From Spongospora subterranea f. sp. subterranea (Eukaryota), in contig JAUGWO010000040.1 in assembly GCA_049724395.1 (NCBI GenBank), forward strand, positions 1 to 64,000: 64,000 nt of DNA. Reading direction: 5' to 3'. Position numbers and translations under genes: made by a program. The notes below the pieces were generated by a model. The model saw only the letters and a list, made by a program, of their open reading frames with translations. It did not search any database and was not told the origin of the DNA. Below, one piece after another: positions 13,150 to 24,900 of the stretch. Position 1 is the stretch's first letter; every line of letters starts with the position of its first letter.

Positions 13150-13500
13150 GTGTGGCATTCGGAAGGGATGTTGTCGAATGTATTACAACATATCCAGCTG
13201 CTGATGCTGATGAAGCTGATCAGGGAATTTCGAATTTACAGAGAGATCCGATCACAAAGCGTAAGTTGATATAACCTGTTTAACAAATGTTGTTTCCATT
13301 GGCGACGGACGAAAGTCGCCCCCATTATCGATGCTCAAAATAAACATGAAACAGATATGATAATAGCGGCTGATTTCAATCATTGGTTCAGTACTCAAGA
13401 TTTTTTGATCCATTAATCCGGTGTCCGTAAACAGGGATATGGTGAAGATTTTGCTATCGAATGGTGCTGATCCGACAATTTCAACAGCTGTTTTTTGAGG
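13150..13500 (+). pseudogene. Ankyrin-repeat-like gene fragment
   Basis: DMVKILLSNGADPTI (~13436-13482) matches the second helix and loop of the ankyrin consensus; surrounding exons unresolved. Confidence 0.4.
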
Positions 13501-14244
13501 TTGGTACGTTTACCTCTCACTCCATAATTCATGTTCATCGGCTCTCGAAATCTGAAAATTATTGAGTTGACGTTGATAAAGCTCAACAAAAAGCAACATG
13601 TTTCGATAAATCGACATTAAATTCCTCGTATATTTTGTGAATGGTCTCGGCGATGCACATGGATCAGAAACCATTGTGTCTGGCTTTTTGATCAACCAGG
13701 TATATTTGTCCAACGAGAGCGGTTCACTGGAGAGAGCACAGACCCTGACTTCACAGCTGTTGCTGAGGAGTGTCGATTGGCAACATTGTAGCGAATTATA
13801 AACCAGAGATGGGGGCAAACGCAGAAGGAAGAGGATGCAATCGTGACTCTGGCCATACTCGCCGCTATGGCGACAAGATGTGCCGCGACGTCCTCTCTTT
13901 GTCAATGCCGATGAAGCAGACATGCAAAAAGACCCTGTTTAATGATGGCTGCTGTACCCAACGATGCCGTTGAGATGGCTTTGTGAGATTTCTCTATATT
14001 CTACTTGATCTATGATGTGAATTTATGCTGAAGCTGATGGTACTGTGTTGTCAATCCTAATAATAAAGAGCAGCAACGACAACCTCGAAATGGATTATGT
14101 TGGCATCTTTTCGCTGTTGACTATGTATGCGGTCCACTTTTCCTTAACGGTGGAGCTTGTTCAAGTTGATCGCGGATTGGTTTAATCATAATAAACTGAC
14201 TCAAGTAGATTATTTGTATCTTTGAGAACTGTATACAAACTGTA

Positions 14245-16983
14245 TTACGGTACGAACATGTTGATACGAAGATCGGCGCCAGTCGTGAACAACCAAGGCT
14301 GATCTGGATGCCAGACACAGCAGGTGACGCCGATTCCATCATCGGGCGTATGGGCGCGCAACACCTTGACGGGGACAATGACCGGGTCCACCAACAGATC
14401 GCTGCTCACTGATCCGTGCATCACGTGCGCTGAACCATCGTCCGAGCAGGTGGCGAACAATGGATAACGCGGATGGCATTGGACGTGCCGTACGGCACCG
14501 GTATGATACTTGAGAGTTCGGAACGGGCGCGACGACAGGTCCAAGTCGTACCAACAGACACGCCTGCCAGCATTACAAAGTTAGACAAATGCGACAACCC
14601 GGAAACGCAGTTGGCACATCAGTGTGGTGAAACGTGATGACCAGAGTGGCTGATGTTACCTGTCGGCGGAACCCACAATAACGTGATCTCCTGATGGGTG
14701 AATTGTAACAGAGCTGATCCAACGAGCTGGGCATTGCAATCTCTTGACCAACGATTGTTTTTGCAGATCGAAGATGCGGACGCGCCGTTTCTCGGCCACG
14801 ATGAGGTAGGGACGTGTCGGGTGAAAGGCGACATCCTGGGCCGGGCTCTTCTTCGCCTTCTTGAACGGGGCTTGCGACCCGCGAACCGATAGCTGATGGA
14901 TGAGAATGGCCTGGCTGTCAGCGTCGCTCAATGACACCATGTAATCGCCGGCACGATGCCACATGAACTTCTTGATAGCCCCAGGGACTGAAACCGTCAC
15001 CGATTGATCCGCAACAGTCCATGACGCTGGACAATCGGTTGTCGCACTGGAGTCGACACCTACGACACGTTTAAGAAATTGACCATTAACAGAATGGGGA
15101 ATGGTATTAACCCATTGATAATAGTTTCGCCACCTCTCCATCTACAGTATCAATAATGTTACAAACACGAATTGACGAGAGCGTTGCGATGGCGAGAAGT
15201 CCACGGCGTGTGGCAGAGGGATTGAATGCAACACAGATTAACTAAATATCGACTAAGACACAAAGGCAAAATAGAGTTCGATGTGCAGCACAATACCGGT
15301 TCGGTACATTGTATGGTCTGTAGGCGACGACAGGTGTCCACTTCCCAAACACAGGCCGTCATGTCAGCAGAACCAGATGCGAGATATTGACCACATGACG
15401 ACACCGATAGCGATGTGATACATTGCGTATGACCACCAAAGTAAGAAGTGCCCAATATCTGCCCAAACTCACTCAGAATATTGAAAAAAACAACAACATT
15501 GTTGACGGTGACATTGGATATCGAAGCAGAATGAATCAAAATGAATGGTGATAAACCGAATGTTATGTAAATCAAAACAAGTTTTTCAACAAAGGGGGCG
15601 ATTTTGATTGAACTGTACCTGTGGGAAAGGTCGAAGTGTTGACGGTTTCGGCAATTTTGGAATCAGCGACTCCGGGTCAATCTGCAGCTTATTACGTCGA
15701 CGCCTTGGGCACATATACAGATCCAAACAGCGTTCAAAACGCTCTTGAATAAAGCGGTCGTAATACGGGATGTGGCGATGTGCATCGTATTTGACGGACA
15801 AGATTTTGCCATGTTGATCTTCGGCGTCCATCTCATCCCATTTGTGACGCTCTTCCTCGTCGGGCAGATACTCGGCAGGTGGATTGTACGATTCGGCGTG
15901 TCCAGGAAGCGCTGCACGAGGCGCCGTCACGCAAGGCGGCGGGCGATGGCGGCTGGAAGCGTTGGGGTCAGGAACGGAATCAGGACCCCAAATGAGGAAC
16001 GCTTCTGGCTGCGCTTTGGCGCTCTTACTGCTGTCGTCGCGAATCCATCCGTTGCGAATGGCCGTCACAAGTCGCTGAACAACCACAGCTTGATGCTTGG
16101 ATGGCGTGAAACTAAAACAGTATGTGAGATACTTTTCGCCATGGATTTGGTAAAACATCACATTCAAAACGGGTAGAAATAATCATCGATAATGTGATGA
16201 AAACCAGGACCGAAGAAGTTTCCAACATCAAAATCGTGTGAAACCCCTGAACCACGAAGAAAACATTTTCGAAGGAGCACACAATCGAACAGATTTGCAA
16301 CGAATAAAGGTGTAAATGATTACTGGCAGACCTGCTCTTATTAGGTGTAGTGTGATTTCCTAATGGGTGAACCTGACGAGGGCAATCGCGGAAGTATTCT
16401 GGGGCGCTCTCATCGAAACCAGCTGTGGCATAGCATCCGTCGCGAATACGCCTTAACATTGAGATCTCTGACTTTGAAAGAACAACCTAGATCGCAAAAT
16501 CCGGGTCAGATGAAATGTTTAAAGCGAAACAACGTGCAAAGGGGAGAAAACAGTAATCAGATAACGCGTAAGATGGCATTTGAAATAAGAACCATTGAAA
16601 ACAAAATCAGCTACGTTGGCGTCATTTTCGGCATCGTAGACTGTTCGGCGCCCTTGAGCGGTTTGTTGCGATAGAAATGTATCAATAGCGCCGGCCGCGA
16701 CCGCTCTTGTGATAGGGATTCCATCAACATTGTACCCGATATGATCCATATCGTTATACCATTCGTGGGGAATCGCGCCAGTTCGACGCAGGACGCCATC
16801 GTCGTCGTCTGAGTCGGAAAGCGATGCCAGATTGAAATCGCGCGGCGTTGTCCATGGCAGCGATGGCGGGGAATTCTACAGAAAAAATTAGGGTTCAATG
16901 AGAACTGTTGCGATGATGAGAAGATTATGGTGAACCTCAGGCTGAGTAGATTCGTCACCATCGTGATCGCTGACGTTCGCCAT
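14245..16983 (-). CDS. BOP1: Ribosome biogenesis protein BOP1/ERB1 (BOP1NT + WD40), multi-exon
   Basis: Exons: IPHEWYNDMDHIGYNVDG; LPGHAESYNPPAEYLP; YDRFIQERFERCLDLYMCPR; IDPESLIPKLPKPSTLRPFP; GHTQCITSLSV; WH.AGDY; FHPTRPYL; LSSRPFRTLKYH; HPRYPLFATCSDDG; WHPDQPWLFTTGAD. Probable ATG at 16983, stop at 14245. Confidence 0.96.
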
Positions 16984-17299
16984 GGTGATCTCAGCGATTA
17001 TTGCCCCTGGAGTTCAACGAAGGCTACTCCCAGATCAGTCGGACTCCGTCACGGAGTCCGCAGTTTTTATCAGATAATCAACATGTCCGATTGAAATCAG
17101 GATCAGATTATGATTGTTTAGGCGCCTTTTCGATATTCTATCGCTCATAGGACCAAGTTCAATTCGAAAATAGCGTTGCGTTGTTTTATTATTTATGTCG
17201 TTGAACATATAAAATGTTATTCAAGGTCTAACGATCTAGCAATGAATTACAAACTAGATTGTCCTCGTGTTTGGTCAGATAATTCTCCTGAATTTGTCG

Positions 17300-18120
17300 T
17301 GATCTAGCGAACGATGATCTTGACCATATGCTTTAAATGGCTTTAGAAATTTTGGAGAACGATGATAAGTTTGTGTCCATCTCTTCAACGGCACCTTCAA
17401 ACCACGAAATTATGTCCTTTCGGTCAATATTATATTTTCCTGCAGGCGCGACATCACATCGTATTCTACATTCAACATATCTTCTCTTGAATGCCTGTTT
17501 AAAGTGCTTTGTTTGCAATAAAATCAAAATGTGAAATAAACCGATAGAGCCAGGTGGAATATCTCCGAAAGTCTTATTGAGTTCAGCAGCCTTGGTAGTT
17601 GCTAGGAAAAATGGAGTGTTGCTGCATCCAGATCAACCCTAGTTGTTCGTCTGGATAGCAAGAGGGTATCATTGAAGATAATGACAACATCCCTGCTTAT
17701 CCATCTAATGTTTGGGATGACATGTGCCCCTGCTGGCTCCATCCCAATGAGAATATCGCCTAGACATTGTACCATCACTAGTTCCGGTCATTACGATATA
17801 CGGCGCCATTATTCGTCACTCAACCATTCCTCGATTTGATCCAGCTCGAGCTGATTCCTTCGGATAATACTGTAAAAACATCTCATCCGCATTGATCAAT
17901 GGCGTTGCTTTAGCTGAAGACATTGCTTGACGAATCAGAGCGGTAGACTCGACACAAACGAGAAACAATGTTAATCGGAACCGTTTGACAAATGGATTCT
18001 TTTCGGATCAAGAGTCGATGTCGCAACTGCAGTCTGGTCAGCCACTGCGAAAACACTGGGGTGATACTACCAGAGTAAATCAACATCTTCATCTCAAATT
18101 GTGTCCAGAGTGGTTTCCAA
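17300..18120 (-). pseudogene. pogo/Tigger-like (CENP-B HTH + DDE_1) transposase relic
   Basis: WLTRLQLRHRLLIRKES.CQTVP (HTH_Tnp_Tc5-like), LINADE, and IPPGSIG...HFKQAFKRRY. Confidence 0.65.
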
Positions 18121-21100
18121 TTGGGATCAAGTTCACTGTCACTCTCAACGTCCCATAGAATGTTAAGTGATGCGGTTTCCAATTGGGATCAAGTTCACTG
18201 TCACTCTCAACGTCCCATAGAATGTTAAGTGATGCGGTTTCCAATTGGGATCAAGTTCACTGTCACTCTCAACGTCCCATAGAATGTTAAGTGATGCGGT
18301 TTCCAATTGGGATCAAGTTCACTGTCACTCTCAACGTCCCATAGAATGTTAAGTGATGCGGTTTCCAATTGGGATCAAGTTCACTGTCACTCTCAACGTC
18401 CCATAGAATGTTAAGTGATGCGGTTTCCAATTGGGATCAAGTTCACTGTCACTCTCAACGTCCCATAGAATGTTAAGTGATGCGGTTTCCAATTGGGATC
18501 AAGTTCACTGTCACTCTCAACGTCCCATAGAATGTTAAGTGATGCGGTTTCCAATTGGGAATCAAGTCAACGTCCCATAGAATGTTAAGTGATGCGGTTT
18601 CCAATTGGGATCAAGTTCACTGTCACTCTCAACGTCCCATAGAATGTTAAGTGATGCGGTTTTCCAATTGGGATCAAGTTCACTGTCACTCTCAACGTCC
18701 CATAGAATGTTAAGTGATGCGGTTTCCAATTGGGATCAAGTTCACTGTCACTCTCAACGTCCCATAGAATGTTAAGTGATGCGGTTTCCAATTGGGATCA
18801 AGTTCACTGTCACTCTCAACGTCCCATAGAATGTTAAGTGATGCGGTTTCCAATTGGGATCAAAGTCACTCTCAACGTCCCATAGAATGTTAAGTGATGC
18901 GGTTTCCAATTGGGATCAAGTTCACTGTCACTCTCAACGTCCCATAGAATGTTAAGTGATGCGGTTTCCAATTGGGATCAAGTTCACTGTCACTCTCAAC
19001 GTCCCATAGAATGTTAAGTGATGCGGTTTCCAATTGGGATCAAGTTCACAATTGGGATCAAGTCACTCTCAACGTCCCATAGAATGTTAAGTGATGCGGT
19101 TTCCAATTGGGATCAAGTTCACTGTCACTCTCAACGTCCCATAGAATGTTAAGTGATGCGGTTTCCAATTGGGATCAAGTTCACTGTCACTCTCAACGTC
19201 CCATAGAATGTTAAGTGATGCGGTTTCCAATTGGGATCAAGTTCACTGTCACTCTCAACGTCCCATAGAATGTTAAGTGATGCGGTTTCCAATTGGGATC
19301 AAGTTCACTGTCACTCTCAACGTCCCATAGAATGTTAAGTGATGCGGTTTCCAATTGGGATCAAGTTCACTGTCACTCTCAACGTCCCATAGAATGTTAA
19401 GTGATGCGGTTTCCAATTGGGATCAAGTTCACTGTCACTCTCAACGTCCCATAGAATGTTAAGTGATGCGGTTTCCAATTGGGATCAAGTTCACTGTCAC
19501 TCTCAACGTCCCATAGAATGTTAAGTGATGCGGTTTCCAATTGGGATCAAGTTCACTGTCACTCTCAACGTCCCATAGAATGTTAAGTGATGCGGTTTCC
19601 AATTGGGATCAAGTTCACTGTCACTCTCAACGTCCCATAGAATGTTAAGTGATGCGGTTTCCAATTGGGATCAAGTTCACTGTCACTCTCAACGTCCCAT
19701 AGAATGTTAAGTGATGCGGTTTCCAATTGGGATCAAGTTCACTGTCACTCTCAACGTCCCATAGAATGTTAAGTGATGCGGTTTCCAATTGGGATCAAGT
19801 TCACTGTCACTCTCAACGTCCCATAGAATGTTAAGTGATGCGGTTTCCAATTGGGATCAAGTTCACTGTCACTCTCAACGTCCCATAGAATGTTAAGTGA
19901 TGCGGTTTCCAATTGGGATCAAGTTCACTGTCACTCTCAACGTCCCATAGAATGTTAAGTGATGCGGTTTCCAATTGGGATCAAGTTCACGGTCACTCTC
20001 AACGTCCCATAGAATGTTAAGTGATGCGGTTTCCAATTGGGATCAAGTTCACTGTCACTCTCAACGTCCCATAGAATGTTAAGTGATGCGGTTTCCAATT
20101 GGGATCAAGTTCACTGTCACTCTCAACGTCCCATAGAATGTTAAGTGATGCGGTTTCCAATTGGGATCAAGTTCACTGTCACTCTCAACGTCCCATAGAA
20201 TGTTAAGTGATGCGGTTTCCAATTGGGATCAAGTTCACGGTCACTCTCAACGTCCCATAGAATGTTAAGTGATGCGGTTTCCAATTGGGATCAAGTTCAC
20301 TGTCACTCTCAACGTCCCATAGAATGTTAAGTGATGCGGTTTCCAATTGGGATCAAGTTCACTGTCACTCTCAACGTCCCATAGAATGTTAAGTGATGCG
20401 GTTTCCAATTGGGATCAAGTTCACGGTCACTCAACGTCCCATAGAATGTTAAGTGATGCGGTTTCCAATTGGGATCAAGTTCACTGTCACTCTCAACGTC
20501 CCATAGAATGTTAAGTGATGCGGTTTCCAATTGGGATCAAGTTCACTGTCACTCTCAACGTCCCATAGAATGTTAAGTGATGCGGTTTCCAATTGGGATC
20601 AAGTTCACTGTCACTCTCAACGTCCCATAGAATGTTAAGTGATGCGGTTTCCAATTGGGATCAAGTTCACTGTCACTCTGTCCCGGTTAAGTGATGCGGT
20701 TTCCAATTGGGATCAAGTTCACTGTCACTCTCAACGTCCCATAGAATGTTAAGTCAAGTTTCCAATTGGGATCACTGTCACTCTCAACGTCCCATAGAAT
20801 GTTAAGTGATGCGGTTTCCAATTGGGATCAAGTTCACGGTCACTCTCAACGTCCCATAGAATGTTAAGTGATGCGGTTTCCAATTGGGATCAAGTTCACT
20901 GTCACTCTCAACGTCCCATAGAATGTTAAGTGATGCGGTTTCCAATTGGGATCAAGTTCACTGTCACTCTCAACGTCCCATGCGGTTTCCAAGAATGTTA
21001 AGTGATGCGGTTTCCAATTGGGATCAAGTTCACTGTCACTCTCAACGTCCCATAGAATGTTAAGTGATGCGGTTTCCAATTGGGATCAAGTTCACTGTCA

Positions 21101-21950
21101 CTCTCAACGTCCCATAGAATGTTAAGTGATGCGGTTTCCAATTGGGATCAAGTGTCACTCTCAACGTCCCATAGAATGTTAAGTGATGCTCTCAAACGTC
21201 CCAACGTCCCATAGAATGTTAAGTGATGCGGTTTCCAATTGGGATCAAGTTCACTGTCACTGAACTCTCAACGTCCCATAGAATGTTAAGTGATGCGGTT
21301 TCCAATTGGGATCAAGTTCACAATTGGGATCAAGTCACTGTCACTCTCAACGTCCCATAGAATGTTAAGTGATGCGGTTTCCAATTGGGATCAAGTTCAC
21401 TGTCACTCTCAACGTCCCATAGAATGTTAAGTGATGCGGTTTCCAATTGGGATCAAGTTCACTGTCACTCTCAACGTCCCATAGAATGTTAAGTGATGCG
21501 GTTTCCAATTGGGATCAAGTTCAAATTGTTAAGTGACAATTGGGATCAAGTTCACGGTCACTCTCAACGTCACTCTCAACGTCCCATAGAATGTTAAGTG
21601 ATGCGGTTTCCAATTGGGATCAAGTTCACTGTCACTCTCAACGTCCCATAGAATGTTAAGTGATGCGGTTTCCAATTGGGATCAAGTTCACTGTCACTCT
21701 CAACGTCCCATAGAATGTTAAGTGATGCGGTTTCCAATTGGGATCAAGTTCACTGTCACTCTCAACGTCCCATAGAATGTTAAGTGATGCGGTTTCCAAT
21801 TGGGATCAAGTTCACTGTCACTCTCAACGTCCCATAGAATGTTAAGTGATGCGGTTTCCAATTGGGATCAAGTTCACGTCACTCTCAACGTCCCGTAGAA
21901 AGTTAAGTGATGCAGTTTCCACGGTCACTCTCAACGTCCCATAGAATGAT
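18112..21950. repeat. 62-bp tandem array, ~60 copies (ggtttccaattgggatcaagttcactgtcactctcaacgtcccatagaatgttaagtgatgc)
   Basis: Period 62 (ttgggatc at 18121, 18183, 18245). Near-identical units, no spacers, some corrupted units. Confidence 0.97.
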
Positions 21951-21988
21951 CACTCCGCAATCAACTGCGCAAGTCACGAATCGACGAG

Positions 21989-24900
21989 ATGCTGGCGGCG
22001 ATCGATCGTGTTGCTGGTGGTGGGGAGTCGGCTGGCACCAAGGGTGACAGTCTAGGGATGCCTGGCGGGGTAGTCTTCCTGACGATGACTAGAACTCTGA
22101 AGTGTCAGCTGCACTCCCAATTTCCTCTGAGTCTTCAGAGCGGGCCAAATTTTAGAACAGCCGTCAAAAGCTGTTCTCGCCGTTCATTGAATACTTATCA
22201 TTGGTATGAGATGAGCGGACAGGTCCTTGTTGTCAATTCCTGCACTGACGGAAAATCTTTTGGAAGTCGGTACTTTACTGACAGAAAAATTATTAGAAGT
22301 CGGTGCTGTATGAATGACTCAACCGACAATACTACCATTTACTGGTGGCTATCCGACAATATTACCATTCTTTGGTGGCAATCCGACAATACCACCATTT
22401 ATTGGTGGCAAACTGACAACACGACCATTAATTGGTGGCAATCTGACAATAAAACCATTTATAGGTGGCAATGGCCAAAAGGAACACTAGTGACACTGAA
22501 ACTATACTGGAAGTACAATGCCGTCATTTGGTGGAAACTACTGGTTAAGACGAAATATGGTCCCATTAACAGGGCCAAACAAGGGCCACAATTAACATCA
22601 ACAACTATTAACAAGACTTTGACAGGAACAGTATACACGCCAAGTAATTGCACTTTTTGGTGGAAGCATAAGCGAACGACAACAACAAAAACACGGAATA
22701 ATGCTCCTAATAATAATGACATACAAACGCACAGAAGTAAGAGCAACACACATAAGAGGACACAAAACATTAATGAAACACATAATACTGACAAAAGTAA
22801 AACAATTAAGACAACACTACGACAAAATTACATAGGGATAATGAATGCAGACGTGACAAATAATATCAGCACAATGAACGAATCCACAATAAGTAACGTC
22901 CCACAGATGACTAAAGGCCGTTGTATTAGGGGAATCGGTATACTATACGTGCCAGTGTCGCTCTCAAAATACATCCGTGGCGCAATTAAACCACGAACAG
23001 AAACGCTCCATCTAGGCATCATGCAGGACGTTCCAATGGGGACCGAAACCAACAAGGAACAAACAATAGGAAGAAAACATCCCAGGGACAGGGCAACCAC
23101 ATCTAATGCAACATCCGATAAGACCAAAAAGATGAAGGACAAATTCATACCACGGTCAATGATGAATTATAACGAAGCGATTTTAATGCCCAAAACACAA
23201 CATGAAATAGAAACTCTATTACCGGAACTCATCCAAGAAATACCTTGGCTCATGGCTAAACTAAAGAATGACGTTACGCCAATGGGAACAGGCACGATAA
23301 TCATCAAAGGGCTAAAAATAGGTACACACCGAAGAATAGTTAAAAGAATAGTAACGAAACTAACTCCAACCACTCAGGACAATACAAAGCCCTGCAACAA
23401 TACTGTGGGAGAAAAGGAATTCGAATCAGACCTACATCAGAGTCCAAACACGACACCAGCCGTAAAGTTATTGTGCAAGGCATCCCACCATACCTTATTA
23501 AAAACGGAATGGCGATACAAGGCTGGAAAGGAAAACAACCGGACAAAGCTACCCAAATTGGAAGCAACACTACCATGTTCCAATTCCAGATGGCAAGTGA
23601 TGCGAAGCAATGTCTATCGCAGGGAACGGTACATATATTCGGGAAACAATACAAGCCCCTGGCCTTCCAAAAAAAGGAAATACGAGTATGTGAAACATGC
23701 TACCAGATTGAGTGCCTCCAAAAAAACAAATGTGGCAAGATTGCCTGCTACATATGCAGTGAAGCTCACATGGCCGACTCATGCCCAAAGAAGAATAAGG
23801 ATGAGCCTAAGTGCATTACATGCCAGGAAGAGGGACATTGGGCCATCCAATGCCCATGGCGTTACCTGTAAATCAAGATTCAATAAAGCAAATATGACAA
23901 AGGGCCACAAAAAGATGAGCAAAATGCAAATTGAATTTACCTACACTGAAAGCCGCAGTTATGACATGCTGAAGGAGTACACAAAGACTGGCAGATTGTG
24001 GTTTGTTTCATTATACAGGAAGGCCAAGATCTTATATTGCACCCCGAAATTAGATGCCGTCCCCTGCGACAACCAATTCTTCGCATCACTCGATACCTGG
24101 AATTGGAACATGGTAAAATTGTTTCCAATTAGGGTGTGGTTGAATGTAAAACGTGGGAAAAAACCAAATAACAGCAAAGTATGGAAAACAAGTGAAAACA
24201 AAACACTGGAACAATCAACACCATACAGTGGCGGAAACAGCAAAGGACTCCATACATCATGCATGGTGGAGATAAAGAATACGAAATACGTATTTAGAGA
24301 TGTCATCGGAATAGGAAACTGCGCTTTCGAGGCGATCAGAGCATCAGGAGCGATCCCGAATATGACAGTGCAAAACCTACGAAAGGAAATATGTGAATTC
24401 GCTAGAAATCCTGAGCAAGGAAGAACCATTGCTAAAAAATTAAAACCCTATATAGGATCGCTGCCAAACAATGACAGCATAGGATTGGATGAATATCTGA
24501 ATATAATGAGTATCGATAGACAATGGGGAGGGTTGTTCGAACTCACCATAGCTGCATACAAATTTAAAATGAACATAATAGTAGTAAGTCAGACGAATCC
24601 AACGCTCATAACAGATATACAGAAATGGATAGAGAACACGTTACCAAAGTCACGTGATGTAACACCATGGACCAAAACAATTTACTTGTTACATCACAAG
24701 CATGGGAAACCATCAACACCAATGAGACATCAAGACTTGAACCATTATGGGACCCTTTTCCCTATAGAAACAACGGCTAGTGAATGGAATAATAGCGGTA
24801 TGATGACACCAGACAAATGCGACCTTTACATTGATCAGTACAAATTATCAAACAAAACAGACAGCTCAGCAACGCAAAATGTTAGAAATGATAATTCCAA

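Noticed and set aside
18112..21950. CRISPR-like array upstream of a large RT-containing ORF
   Set aside because: Units are head-to-tail identical with no unique spacers, and there are no cas-like genes; this is a satellite.
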